Positions 11,206 through 21,940 of a DNA stretch of 64,000 nucleotides are shown one piece after another (positions within the stretch are counted from its first letter, which is position 1; each line of letters begins with the position of its first letter). Position numbers and translations under genes: made by a program. The stretch is taken from the NCBI RefSeq assembly GCF_054482525.1, contig NZ_CM137006.1; one strand, 5' to 3'. A model generated the notes under the pieces. That model saw only the letters and a list, made by a program, of their open reading frames with translations. It searched no databases and was not told the origin of the DNA.

Positions 11206-12360
11206 TTACTTCAGACCGGCAGCATCGCGCAGCAGCTGCGCTTTGTCGGTTTTTTCCCACGGGAAATGTTCACGACCAAAGTGACCGTATGCTGCGGTTT
11301 CTTTGTAGATCGGGTGCAGCAGATCCAGCATCTGAATCAGACCGTATGGACGCAGGTCAAAGAACTCACGTACCAGCAGAGTCAGTTGTTCAGAAGGCAC
11401 TTTCTCGGTACCGAAAGTTTCCACCATGATGGAAGTCGGTTCAGCCACGCCGATTGCGTAGGAAACCTGAATTTCACAACGATCGGCCAGGCCAGCAGCA
11501 ACGATGTTTTTCGCGACATAACGTGCTGCGTAGGCTGCGGAACGGTCCACTTTTGATGGATCTTTACCAGAGAATGCACCACCACCGTGACGTGCCATGC
11601 CGCCGTAGGTATCAACGATAATTTTACGACCAGTCAGACCGCAGTCACCCATCGGGCCACCGATAACAAAACGACCGGTCGGGTTGATGAAGAATTTGGT
11701 GGCAGAAGTCAGCCATTCAGCCGGCAGAATCGGCTTGATGATCTCTTCCATTACCGCTTCTTGCAGCGATTTCTGGTCGATCTCTTCAGAGTGCTGAGTG
11801 GAAAGCACGACAGCATCGATACCAACGATTTTGCCGTCGTCATACTGGAAAGTCACCTGGCTTTTCGCGTCCGGGCGCAACCACGGCAGAGTGCCGTTTT
11901 TACGCACTTCAGCCTGACGCTGTACCAGACGGTGTGCATAGGTGATAGGTGCTGGCATCAGCACGTCGGTTTCATTGGTTGCGTAGCCAAACATCAGACC
12001 CTGGTCACCCGCGCCCTGTTCCAGCGGATCGGCACGGTCAACGCCCTGGTTGATGTCAGGAGACTGTTTGCCGATAGCGCTCAGAACCGCACAGGAATTA
12101 GCGTCAAAGCCCATGTCGGAATGCACATAGCCAATTTCGCGAACGGTGTTACGGGTGATCTCTTCGATGTCTACCCAGGCGCTGGTGGTGATTTCGCCGC
12201 CAACTAAAACCATGCCGGTTTTTACGTAGGTTTCGCAAGCAACGCGTGCTTTCGGATCCTGTTCGAGGATCGCGTCTAAAACGGCATCAGAGATTTGGTC
12301 AGCAATTTTGTCAGGATGCCCTTCAGAGACGGACTCGGACGTAAAAAGGTGTTTTGCCAT
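11206..12360 (-). CDS. metK: S-adenosylmethionine synthetase MetK, 384 aa
   Basis: Start [18 protein letters not shown] at ATG(rc) 12360; matches K-12 MetK. Confidence 0.95.
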
Positions 12361-12415
12361 ATTTAATATCACCTAAAGAGAATTTGGTTAGCTCAAACTG
12401 TTGTGTGGATTTTCT

Positions 12416-12667
12416 GTGGTAGCGGATCCTACCACGACTCTGCAGGTTAAAAACACTGGCAGTCTGAGTGTTAATCGGTATGGATGGATTAACATCTGGA
12501 TGGCTATTTTAGGTCAGTTCTTCACCCAATTTCCACTTTTTTTTGAATCGTGTCTCATTCTGTTAAAAACGTGGCTGGAAATTTTTCCTGACAATGCTGG
12601 CATTCTGCGTATTTATCTTTTGCAATTTTCTGCCATTGTGGGGTATAAAACGCGGCGCGCGGCTTAA
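12416..12667 (+). CDS. yqgD: Small hypothetical ORF at the position of K-12 yqgD (83 aa from GTG)
   Basis: ORF overlapping the metK promoter region; no recognisable domain; position and size fit K-12 annotation only. Confidence 0.3.
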
Positions 12668-12879
12668 ATAAAAAGCACACGACGTTTCTTTCGTGTTGCC
12701 ACTTCCAGCCGGGTTGAAATCAGAGTTTTGGCTTGTGGGTTCGTCTTAACAGGCGGCCGTGGAGGTGATACGAAATAATGAACCGTTGTCTGCTGCTTAA
12801 CCTGTCTCACCGTTCTGGTGAAGATTCGTTCCCCGCACTCTGCATCTCTGCTTTGCATACCTGCCGATGTTATACCCAT
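12664..12879 (-). CDS. yqgC: Small hypothetical ORF at the position of K-12 yqgC, 71 aa
   Basis: 71 aa ORF; length matches K-12 yqgC; no domain evidence. Confidence 0.3.
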
Positions 12880-13014
12880 CTCGGCGCTTCTCAGGATTCA
12901 AGAGCTGGTTACAGTTACTGAGGACTGAACAAGGGCGCTCTTGTAAAAACAAGAGTTTTCTCGTGGTTTCGCCGAACTGTCACACTTACGTTCGGTTATG
13001 TGCTTAATAATGTT

Positions 13015-13146
13015 ATGAAAAAGAAACCGGTTGCGCAGTTGGAGCGTCAGCATTCACTGCTGGAAAATCCATGTGCTTATGGGTTGTTATCGCAGTTCCA
13101 GGCTGCGATAGTCGTTAACTGTTTTACACTTAATAAAATAATTTGA
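13015..13146 (+). CDS. yqgB: Small protein YqgB, 43 aa, immediately upstream of speA
   Basis: [43 protein letters not shown]; stop TGA overlaps the speA RBS region. Confidence 0.6.
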
Positions 13147-13154
13147 GGTTCGCT

Positions 13155-15131
13155 ATGTCTGACGACATGTCTATGGGTTTGCCTTCGTCAGCGGGCGAAC
13201 ACGGTGTACTACGCTCCATGCAGGAGGTTGCAATGAGCTCCCAGGAAGCCAGCAAGATGCTGCGTACTTACAATATTGCCTGGTGGGGCAATAACTACTA
13301 TGACGTTAACGAGCTGGGCCACATTAGCGTGTGCCCGGACCCGGACGTCCCGGAAGCTCGCGTCGATCTCGCGCAGTTAGTGAAAACTCGTGAAGCACAG
13401 GGCCAGCGTCTGCCTGCACTGTTCTGTTTCCCACAGATCCTGCAGCACCGTTTGCGTTCTATTAACGCCGCGTTCAAACGTGCGCGGGAATCCTACGGCT
13501 ATAACGGCGATTACTTCCTCGTTTATCCGATCAAAGTTAACCAGCACCGTCGCGTGATTGAGTCCCTGATTCATTCGGGCGAACCGCTGGGCCTGGAAGC
13601 CGGTTCCAAAGCGGAGTTGATGGCGGTGCTGGCACATGCTGGCATGACCCGTAGCGTCATCGTCTGCAACGGTTATAAGGACCGCGAATATATCCGCCTG
13701 GCATTAATTGGCGAGAAGATGGGCCACAAGGTCTATCTGGTCATTGAGAAGATGTCAGAAATTGCCATTGTGCTGGATGAAGCAGAACGTCTGAATGTCG
13801 TTCCTCGTCTGGGCGTGCGTGCTCGTCTGGCTTCGCAGGGCTCCGGTAAATGGCAGTCCTCCGGAGGGGAAAAATCGAAGTTCGGCCTGGCGGCGACTCA
13901 GGTACTGCAACTGGTTGAAACGCTGCGTGAAGCCGGGCGTCTCGACAGCCTGCAACTGCTGCACTTCCACCTCGGTTCGCAGATGGCGAATATTCGCGAT
14001 ATCGCGACAGGCGTTCGTGAATCCGCGCGTTTCTATGTTGAGCTGCACAAGCTGGGCGTCAATATTCAGTGCTTCGACGTCGGCGGCGGTCTGGGCGTGG
14101 ACTATGAAGGCACCCGTTCGCAGTCCGACTGTTCGGTGAACTACGGCCTCAATGAATACGCCAACAACATCATCTGGGCGATTGGTGATGCGTGTGAAGA
14201 AAATGGTCTGCCACATCCGACGGTAATCACCGAGTCGGGTCGTGCGGTGACTGCGCATCACACCGTGCTGGTGTCGAATATCATCGGCGTGGAACGTAAC
14301 GAATACACGGTGCCGACCGCGCCTGCAGAAGACGCACCGCGCGCCCTGCAAAGCATGTGGGAAACCTGGCAGGAGATGCACGAACCGGGAACTCGCCGTT
14401 CTCTGCGTGAGTGGTTGCATGACAGCCAGATGGATCTGCACGATATTCATATCGGCTACTCTTCCGGCACCTTTAGCCTGCAAGAACGCGCATGGGCTGA
14501 GCAGCTTTATTTGAGCATGTGCCATGAAGTGCAAAAGCAGCTGGATCCGCAAAACCGTGCTCATCGTCCGATTATCGACGAGCTGCAGGAACGTATGGCG
14601 GACAAAATGTACGTCAACTTCTCGCTGTTCCAGTCGATGCCGGATGCGTGGGGGATCGACCAGTTGTTCCCGGTTCTGCCGCTGGAAGGGTTGGATCAAG
14701 TGCCGGAACGTCGTGCTGTGCTGCTGGATATTACCTGTGACTCTGACGGTGCTATCGACCACTATATTGATGGTGATGGTATTGCCACGACAATGCCAAT
14801 GCCGGAGTACGATCCAGAGAATCCGCCGATGCTCGGTTTCTTTATGGTCGGCGCATATCAGGAGATCCTCGGCAATATGCACAACCTGTTCGGTGATACC
14901 GAAGCGGTTGACGTGTTCGTGTTCCCTGACGGTAGCGTAGAAGTAGAACTGTCTGACGAAGGCGATACCGTGGCGGACATGCTGCAATATGTACAGCTCG
15001 ATCCGAAAACGCTGTTAACCCAGTTCCGCGATCAAGTGAAGAAAACCGATCTTGATGCTGAACTGCAACAACAGTTCCTTGAAGAGTTCGAGGCAGGTTT
15101 GTACGGTTATACCTATCTTGAAGATGAATAA
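13155..15131 (+). CDS. speA: Biosynthetic arginine decarboxylase SpeA, 658 aa
   Basis: Start [12 protein letters not shown] at ATG 13155 (ORF track TTG extension not needed); PLP-dependent decarboxylase. Confidence 0.95.
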
Positions 15132-15148
15132 TTAAGATTATTCCGCTG

Positions 15149-15190
15149 GCGGGTCGATTTATTTACGTAAATCGGCCCGCTTTCTTTTTA
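15149..15190 (+). terminator. Rho-independent terminator after speA
   Basis: 12-bp stem GCGGGTCGATTT/AAATCGGCCCGC, loop ATTTACGT, followed by TTTCTTTTT. Confidence 0.5.
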
Positions 15191-15276
15191 TATATTCTTA
15201 AAAATAATTTAGTTGCTTTTCTTATTAAATAATCTCCCTACAATCGCTGCATTAATTAAATGCAGAGGGAACGGTT

Positions 15277-16009
15277 ATGAAAAAATGGAAAGTACGTAGC
15301 GCGTTGGTGGCATTAGTCGTGCTGCTGGCCGGTTGTTCCAGTAATGCGCAGTATAATAGCAGTGCATCAGGCAATGTCGGCACCGCCTGGGGGGGGGGAT
15401 GTACACTCATCGGTTCAGGGCGTATCTGCTGAACGAGTCTGGCGCGATCCGGCAGAGATGATCGTTATTAGTTATTCGACTACTGTTCCTTCGGGCTACG
15501 ACCGCGTTTATAGCATTCGTATTAACGAACTGGAATATGCTATTCGCGATGGTAATTTTAATTCTCTACCTATTACGCGGGTTTATGATTCATCAAATAA
15601 TGAACCACGCTATATTATCCATGCCAGAGTAGGAATGAATTATCAATTATATGTCCGTAATTACAGTCGTAACACCAACTACGAGATCGTTGCTACGGTT
15701 GATGGCCTGGATGTTCTGAATGGTAAACAAGGTTCGCTGAATAACAACGGTTATATTGTGAATGCCGGAGATTCGTTAGCGATTAAAGGATTTCGCAAAG
15801 ATAAACATACCGAAGCGGCTTTTCAGTTCGCCAACGTTGCTGATTCCTACGCAGCCAATTCGGCGCAAGGCGATGTGCGTAATACCGGGGTAATCGGCTT
15901 TGCCGCCTTTGAATTACAAGGCTCGGCGCAAAACGCGATGCCGCCGTGCTCTGGACAAGCCTTTCCGGCAGATAACAATGGCTATGCGCCGCCACCGTGT
16001 CGGAAATAG
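15277..16009 (+). pseudogene. Lipoprotein gene interrupted by a frameshift at a G10 homopolymer; lipoprotein signal peptide in frame 1, ~200 aa mature domain in frame 2
   Basis: GAGGGA RBS, ATG 15277, MKKWKVRSALVALVVLLAGC lipobox; frame 1 stops at 15430-15432; removing one G from the 15389-15398 tract fuses it to ORF 15344..16009; no recognised domain in mature part. Confidence 0.55.
15389..15398. repeat. Homopolymeric G10 tract inside the lipoprotein coding sequence
   Basis: Ten consecutive G read directly from the sequence. Confidence 0.95.
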
Positions 16010-16076
16010 CAACCTCGCTTGATGCCTCGTCCATTTAAGGCGATAATTAGCACAAACTTGTGTTTCGCAAATCCAA

Positions 16077-16117
16077 CCCTTCCTCGTCGGGCCTAACGAC
16101 GCGGAAGGGTTTTTTTA
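16077..16117 (+). terminator. Rho-independent terminator after the lipoprotein gene, immediately upstream of speB
   Basis: Stem CCCTTCC...GGAAGGG with inner CGTCG/CGACG pairing, followed by TTTTTTT. Confidence 0.5.
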
Positions 16118-16144
16118 TATCGACTTTGTAATAGGAGTCCATCC

Positions 16145-17065
16145 ATGAGCACCTTAGGTCATCAATACGATAACTCACTGGTTTCCAACGCCTTTGGTTT
16201 TTTACGCCTGCCGATGAACTTCCAGCCATATGACAGCGATGCTGACTGGGTGATTACTGGCGTGCCGTTCGATATGGCCACTTCTGGTCGTGCGGGGGGA
16301 CGCCACGGTCCGGCAGCGATCCGTCAGGTTTCGACGAATCTGGCCTGGGAACACAATCGCTTCCCGTGGAATTTCGACATGCGTGAGCGCCTGAACGTCG
16401 TGGACTGCGGCGATCTGGTATATGCCTTCGGAGATGCCCGTGAGATGAGCGAGAAGCTGCAGGCGCACGCCGAGAAGCTGCTGGCTGCCGGTAAGCGTAT
16501 GCTCTCCTTCGGTGGTGACCACTTTGTTACGCTGCCGCTGCTGCGTGCTCATGCGAAGCATTTCGGCAAAATGGCGCTGGTACACTTTGACGCCCACACC
16601 GACACCTATGCGAACGGTTGTGAATTTGACCACGGCACCATGTTCTATACCGCGCCGAAAGAAGGTCTGATCGACCCGAATCATTCCGTGCAGATTGGTA
16701 TTCGTACCGAGTTTGATAAAGACAACGGCTTTACCGTGCTGGATGCCTGCCAGGTGAACGATCGCAGCGTGGATGACGTTATCGCCCAGGTGAAACAGAT
16801 TGTGGGTGATATGCCGGTTTACCTGACCTTTGATATTGACTGCCTGGATCCTGCTTTCGCGCCGGGAACCGGTACTCCGGTGATTGGCGGCCTGACCTCC
16901 GATCGCGCCATTAAACTGGTACGCGGCCTGAAAGATCTCAACATTGTTGGGATGGACGTAGTGGAAGTGGCTCCGGCATACGATCAGTCGGAAATCACTG
17001 CTCTGGCAGCGGCAACGCTGGCGCTGGAAATGCTGTATATTCAGGCGGCGAAAAAGGGCGAGTAA
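16145..17065 (+). CDS. speB: Agmatinase SpeB, 306 aa
   Basis: AGGAG RBS; arginase-family Mn-binding motifs ([26 protein letters not shown]). Confidence 0.95.
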   Translation: MSTLGHQYDNSLVSNAFGFLRLPMNFQPYDSDADWVITGVPFDMATSGRAGGRHGPAAIRQVSTNLAWEHNRFPWNFDMRERLNVVDCGDLVYAFGDAREMSEKLQAHAEKLLAAGKRMLSFGGDHFVTLPLLRAHAKHFGKMALVHFDAHTDTYANGCEFDHGTMFYTAPKEGLIDPNHSVQIGIRTEFDKDNGFTVLDACQVNDRSVDDVIAQVKQIVGDMPVYLTFDIDCLDPAFAPGTGTPVIGGLTSDRAIKLVRGLKDLNIVGMDVVEVAPAYDQSEITALAAATLALEMLYIQAAKKGE

Positions 17066-17112
17066 GCGCCGGATAAGATGCGTTATGCGTCAAACCCGGC
17101 GTAATAAAATGC

Positions 17113-17871
17113 TTACTTAACTCCATCCGCGCTCATACGATCGCGAATATGCTGGGCGCGTTCGGCGGATGCTGGATGGTCGTCAAACATTGAGCTTTGA
17201 CGGCCTTCTTCCAGCTTCGCCAGTTTTTCAAAGCTGGTGGCAAGACCTGCCGGGCTGATGCCGCGTTGGCGCAGAAGATTGTAAGAATAATCATCGGCTT
17301 CTGCTTCCTGGCGCTGGGAGAATTGCGAATTAACTAATTTCTCGCCCAGATCACCGAGTTGTGATTGAGATAAACTGCCGACAATCCCGCCCGCAGAGGC
17401 CGCAGCTACTCGCACGGCATTTGTACCAAGTGCCACCTGCATCCCTTTTTTCACATGGCCTAACGCCACGTGCCCCATCTCGTGACCGATCACCGCTTCG
17501 ACTTCGTTATCCGTCATCATATCCATCAGCCCGCTATAGACGCGGATACAGCCGTTAGCCATTGCAAAGGCGTTCACATCCTTCGCCATATACACTTTGT
17601 AATTCACCGGCTGACCGTTGATATTGTTGCCTAGCGCATTGGCAATAGTTGTCAGACGTTTAGCGTATTCGCTATTGGCTGGCGCAATCGTCGCCTTGCT
17701 GTCCATCTCCTGACATGCCTGATCGCTCAGGGTTTTCACCTGCGCATCACTCAAACTGTAAGCCTGAAAAGCTTCCGCTCCTGATGAGAGCAGTCCGTTG
17801 GAGTCCATATTCTGGCAACCGGTCAGTACCGTTGCCACGCTCATTGCTACCAATAAGGCGCGAATTTTCAT
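17113..17871 (-). CDS. loiP: Outer-membrane metalloprotease LoiP (YggG, M48 family), 252 aa
   Basis: Start MKIRALLVAMSVATVLTGC (lipobox) at ATG(rc) 17871; HEMGH zinc motif. Confidence 0.9.
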   Translation of the reverse strand: MKIRALLVAMSVATVLTGCQNMDSNGLLSSGAEAFQAYSLSDAQVKTLSDQACQEMDSKATIAPANSEYAKRLTTIANALGNNINGQPVNYKVYMAKDVNAFAMANGCIRVYSGLMDMMTDNEVEAVIGHEMGHVALGHVKKGMQVALGTNAVRVAAASAGGIVGSLSQSQLGDLGEKLVNSQFSQRQEAEADDYSYNLLRQRGISPAGLATSFEKLAKLEEGRQSSMFDDHPASAERAQHIRDRMSADGVK

Positions 17872-18148
17872 GTTTTTTCTTCCGCACAAGGTCAGGATTA
17901 TTCTAAAAATGCGCCGTTTGCAGGTGAACCGACGCTCAGTCTCAGTATAAGGAAAAGCGCAGCGGACGGGCGAGTAGATTGCGCAACATGCGAGCATGAT
18001 CCAGAGATTTCTGAAGCGGCAAAAGGATGTTCCATGTACATGACGCGCGGCTTGCGGTAAATTGTTGGCAAATTTTCCGGCGTAGCCCAAAACGCGCTGT
18101 CGTCAAGTCGTTAAGGGCGTGCCCTTCATCATCCGATCTGGAGTCAAA

Positions 18149-20140
18149 ATGTCCTCACGTAAAGAGCTTGCCAATGCTATTCGTGCGCTGAGCATGGACG
18201 CAGTACAGAAAGCCAAATCCGGTCACCCGGGTGCCCCTATGGGTATGGCTGACATTGCCGAAGTCCTGTGGCGTGATTTCCTGAAACACAACCCGCAGAA
18301 TCCGTCCTGGGCTGACCGTGACCGCTTCGTGCTGTCCAACGGCCACGGCTCCATGCTGATCTACAGCCTGCTGCACCTCACCGGTTACGATCTGCCGATG
18401 GAAGAACTGAAAAACTTCCGTCAGCTGCACTCTAAAACTCCGGGCCACCCGGAAGTGGGTTACACCGCTGGTGTGGAAACCACTACAGGTCCGCTGGGTC
18501 AGGGTATTGCCAACGCAGTCGGTATGGCGATTGCAGAAAAAACGCTGGCGGCGCAGTTTAACCGTCCGGGCCACGACATCGTCGACCACTACACCTACGC
18601 CTTCATGGGCGACGGCTGCATGATGGAAGGCATCTCCCACGAAGTTTGCTCTCTGGCGGGTACGCTGAAGCTGGGTAAACTGATTGCGTTCTACGATGAC
18701 AACGGTATCTCTATCGATGGTCACGTTGAAGGCTGGTTCACCGACGACACCGCAATGCGTTTCGAAGCTTACGGCTGGCACGTTATTCGCGGCATCGACG
18801 GTCATGATGCGGCATCCATCAAACGCGCAGTAGAAGAAGCGCGCGCAGTGACTGACAAACCGTCCCTGCTGATGTGCAAAACCATCATCGGTTTCGGTTC
18901 ACCGAACAAAGCCGGTACGCACGACTCCCACGGTGCGCCGCTGGGCGATGCTGAAATCGCCCTGACCCGCGAACAGCTGGGCTGGAAATATGCACCGTTC
19001 GAAATCCCGTCTGAAATCTATGCTCAGTGGGATGCGAAAGAAGCAGGCCAGGCGAAAGAATCCGCATGGAACGAGAAATTCGCGGCTTACGCCAAAGCTT
19101 ATCCGCAGGAAGCCGCTGAATTTACCCGCCGTATGAAAGGCGAAATGCCGTCTGACTTCGATGCCAAAGCTAAAGAATTCATCGCTAAACTGCAGGCTAA
19201 TCCGGCGAAAATCGCCAGCCGTAAAGCGTCTCAGAATGCGATTGAAGCGTTCGGTCCGCTGTTGCCGGAATTCCTCGGCGGCTCTGCTGACCTGGCACCG
19301 TCTAACCTGACCCTGTGGTCTGGTTCTAAAGCAATCAACGAAGATGCTGCGGGTAACTACATCCACTACGGTGTTCGCGAGTTCGGTATGACCGCGATTG
19401 CTAACGGTATCTCCCTGCACGGTGGTTTCCTGCCGTACACCTCCACCTTCCTGATGTTCGTGGAATACGCACGTAACGCCGTACGTATGGCTGCGCTGAT
19501 GAAACAGCGTCAGGTGATGGTTTACACCCACGACTCCATCGGTCTGGGCGAAGATGGCCCGACTCACCAGCCGGTAGAGCAGGTCGCTTCTCTGCGCGTG
19601 ACCCCGAACATGTCCACATGGCGTCCGTGTGACCAGGTTGAATCCGCGGTCGCGTGGAAATACGGCGTTGAGCGTCAGGACGGCCCGACTGCGCTTATCC
19701 TCTCCCGTCAGAACCTGGCGCAGCAGGAGCGTACTGAAGAGCAGCTGGCAAACATCGCGCGCGGTGGTTATGTGCTGAAAGACTGTGCCGGTCAGCCGGA
19801 ACTGATCTTCATCGCGACCGGTTCGGAAGTTGAACTGGCTGTTGCCGCCTACGAAAAACTGACTGCCGAAGGCGTGAAGGCGCGCGTGGTTTCCATGCCG
19901 TCTACCGACGCGTTCGACAAGCAGGATGCGGCTTACCGTGAATCCGTACTGCCGAAAGCGGTTACTGCACGCGTTGCGGTAGAAGCGGGTATTGCTGACT
20001 ACTGGTACAAGTATGTTGGCCTGAACGGCGCTATCGTCGGCATGACCACCTTCGGTGAATCTGCTCCGGCAGAGCAACTGTTTGAAGAGTTCGGTTTCAC
20101 CGTTGACAACGTTGTTGCGAAAGCGAAAGCGCTGCTGTAA
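18149..20140 (+). CDS. tktA: Transketolase 1 TktA, 663 aa
   Basis: Start [20 protein letters not shown] at ATG 18149; thiamine diphosphate enzyme. Confidence 0.95.
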   Translation: MSSRKELANAIRALSMDAVQKAKSGHPGAPMGMADIAEVLWRDFLKHNPQNPSWADRDRFVLSNGHGSMLIYSLLHLTGYDLPMEELKNFRQLHSKTPGHPEVGYTAGVETTTGPLGQGIANAVGMAIAEKTLAAQFNRPGHDIVDHYTYAFMGDGCMMEGISHEVCSLAGTLKLGKLIAFYDDNGISIDGHVEGWFTDDTAMRFEAYGWHVIRGIDGHDAASIKRAVEEARAVTDKPSLLMCKTIIGFGSPNKAGTHDSHGAPLGDAEIALTREQLGWKYAPFEIPSEIYAQWDAKEAGQAKESAWNEKFAAYAKAYPQEAAEFTRRMKGEMPSDFDAKAKEFIAKLQANPAKIASRKASQNAIEAFGPLLPEFLGGSADLAPSNLTLWSGSKAINEDAAGNYIHYGVREFGMTAIANGISLHGGFLPYTSTFLMFVEYARNAVRMAALMKQRQVMVYTHDSIGLGEDGPTHQPVEQVASLRVTPNMSTWRPCDQVESAVAWKYGVERQDGPTALILSRQNLAQQERTEEQLANIARGGYVLKDCAGQPELIFIATGSEVELAVAAYEKLTAEGVKARVVSMPSTDAFDKQDAAYRESVLPKAVTARVAVEAGIADYWYKYVGLNGAIVGMTTFGESAPAEQLFEEFGFTVDNVVAKAKALL

Positions 20141-20162
20141 TCGGTAAGATGCTTTGTGAGAA

Positions 20163-20188
20163 GGGCCGCGAAAGCGGCCCTTTTTTAC
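20163..20188 (+). terminator. Rho-independent terminator after tktA
   Basis: GGGCCGCGAAAGCGGCCC followed by TTTTTT; the convergent SPFH gene stop codon lies in the T-run. Confidence 0.6.
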
Positions 20189-21093
20189 TTGGTGGAGATA
20201 AACGGAACTGTGCTGCCGGGGATCATGGTATCGGGTAGCTTACCGTCCCAACGCTCTGCAGTGGTTAGGGCAACAAGTCCGGGATTATCCCGCAGAGCTT
20301 CACCGCGCAGGCGGATAGCTTCTGCTTCAGCCGCACTTTTTAAACGAATAGTTTCAGCCTCTGCCGCGCCTCTTACGCGAATAGTCTCAGCTTCTGCTTT
20401 GGCTGCCGCCAGTTTACTGTCTGCTTCAGCCTGGGCCTGAGTTACTGCTATTTGCGCCTGGATTTTCTCTGTTTCCAGATTTTGCCTACGAGTAGCAATT
20501 GCAACTTCCGCTTTCATTCGGTCTTCAATCGATTTTTCATAAGCATCTGAAAAATCGATATTCTCGATCTGAACTCCGTCTATCACTACCGGGCCAACAA
20601 CCGCTTTGCGCATCGCGTTTTGCAGATCCTGCACCAGTTTCGTACGATCTTGTACTGCGCTAATGGCTGTATATTGCCCGAAAACGTTCTCCAGTTGGGT
20701 TGGCAGCTGGCGGACGATCAGACGCTCTTTTAAAGATTCAATGGTGTTGTAGGTTGTATAAACTGCGCCAGCTTCTGAAGGTTTAATGTGGAAGCTGACT
20801 GATACTGTCATTTGTGCCGGTTGCTGGTCGCGGCTGTAGGCCTGTAATCCCTGATAGACCACAGCCTGATTACGCGTGGAAATTTTCTCCACGCTTTCCA
20901 TAAAAGGGATCTTAAAACCCAGCCCCGGCTCGGCAACTTTTACGATTTTTCCGTAGCGCAGCAAAATGCCGCGTTCACCTTCATTAACGGTGTAATACGA
21001 GAGAAATGGCAGCACAACCACGGCAAGCACGCCAATGACGATAGCAATAGATTTTTGTGGGCGAAATGAGGTTATTGAAACAGGTGCTTTCAT
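20185..21093 (-). CDS. SPFH/band-7 (prohibitin/HflC-like) membrane protein, ~302 aa, with C-terminal Ala/Glu-rich tandem repeats
   Basis: ATG(rc) 21093 with AAGGAAG RBS; N-terminal TM helix IAIVIGVLAVVVLPFL; SPFH-like core; three 11-aa repeats EAETIRVRGAA/EAETIRLKSAA/EAEAIRLRGEA. Confidence 0.75.
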   Translation of the reverse strand: MKAPVSITSFRPQKSIAIVIGVLAVVVLPFLSYYTVNEGERGILLRYGKIVKVAEPGLGFKIPFMESVEKISTRNQAVVYQGLQAYSRDQQPAQMTVSVSFHIKPSEAGAVYTTYNTIESLKERLIVRQLPTQLENVFGQYTAISAVQDRTKLVQDLQNAMRKAVVGPVVIDGVQIENIDFSDAYEKSIEDRMKAEVAIATRRQNLETEKIQAQIAVTQAQAEADSKLAAAKAEAETIRVRGAAEAETIRLKSAAEAEAIRLRGEALRDNPGLVALTTAERWDGKLPDTMIPGSTVPFISTK

Positions 21094-21469
21094 GACAATC
21101 TTCCTTGAGTAAAGTGGGGAATATGTCACATGAGGTGAGGAGAAAACAGCCGACAGGTGAGAATTCAGAATCTATAAAGGGGTATAGCGAAAAAACATTG
21201 CATTAGAAAAGTATGCTTTCGGATATTCAATAAATAAATGGCGATATGCATCACAAATACAATAACAAACAAAATATTGATTTTGTGATAAACATACCAA
21301 ATACAAAGTTGACTTTAAAAATATCAATTTCATGTTGTTGTTATTTAAAGTTTTATTATTTTTACTGATGAGGTTTTTCTTCTCGCGTGCCCAATTGCTT
21401 TCATTAAACCGCACGAGTATTTTATTTTTACCGCCGGACGGCACCCTAAAAATAAAATAAGGATAATTT

Positions 21470-21913
21470 ATGCGGCTTATTAATTATTTTCCAGAATCAT
21501 CAATCTCAGTTATACATTCAGCAAAAGATTGGCAGGAAGCTATCGATTTCTCGATGGCATCATTGCTGGATAAAAACTATATCAGCGAGAATTACATTCA
21601 GGCTATTAAATATTCCACCATGAGTAATGGCCCTTACTATATTCTCGCGCCAGGCGTGGCAATGCCTCATGCGCGACCAGAATGTGGGGCGCTTAAAACC
21701 GGGATGTCATTGACGTTACTTACACAAGGCGTTTATTTTCCGGGGAATGATGAGCCGATAAAATTACTCATCGGGCTTTCTGCTGCCGATGCCGATTCGC
21801 ACATTGGCGCTATTCAGGCGTTAAGTGAATTACTGTGCGAAGAAGAAATACTCGAAGAACTCTTAACAGCATCATCAGAAAAACAATTAGCGGACATTAT
21901 CAGCCGCGGATAA
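21470..21913 (+). CDS. cmtB: Cryptic mannitol-type PTS enzyme IIA component CmtB, 147 aa
   Basis: PTS EIIA-2 fold with active-site His region GVAMPHARPE. Confidence 0.85.
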   Translation: MRLINYFPESSISVIHSAKDWQEAIDFSMASLLDKNYISENYIQAIKYSTMSNGPYYILAPGVAMPHARPECGALKTGMSLTLLTQGVYFPGNDEPIKLLIGLSAADADSHIGAIQALSELLCEEEILEELLTASSEKQLADIISRG

Positions 21914-21940
21914 TGACTCTCTCCTCTACAGGATAATATT

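Noticed and set aside
12361-12500. SAM riboswitch or clear MetJ boxes upstream of metK
   Set aside because: No S-box structure expected or seen in enterobacteria; candidate met-box-like octamers match the AGACGTCT consensus too weakly to call.
13755-14987. 410-aa minus-strand ORF inside speA
   Set aside because: Lies entirely antisense to the well-supported speA CDS; no RBS or recognisable domain; typical long antisense ORF of a GC-rich gene.
18899-20077. 392-aa minus-strand ORF inside tktA
   Set aside because: Antisense to tktA, Arg/Gly-rich low-complexity translation, no domain; artefact.
21172-21444. 90-aa ORF in the AT-rich region upstream of cmtB
   Set aside because: Asn/Lys-rich translation of AT-rich promoter DNA; no RBS; most likely non-coding regulatory region.
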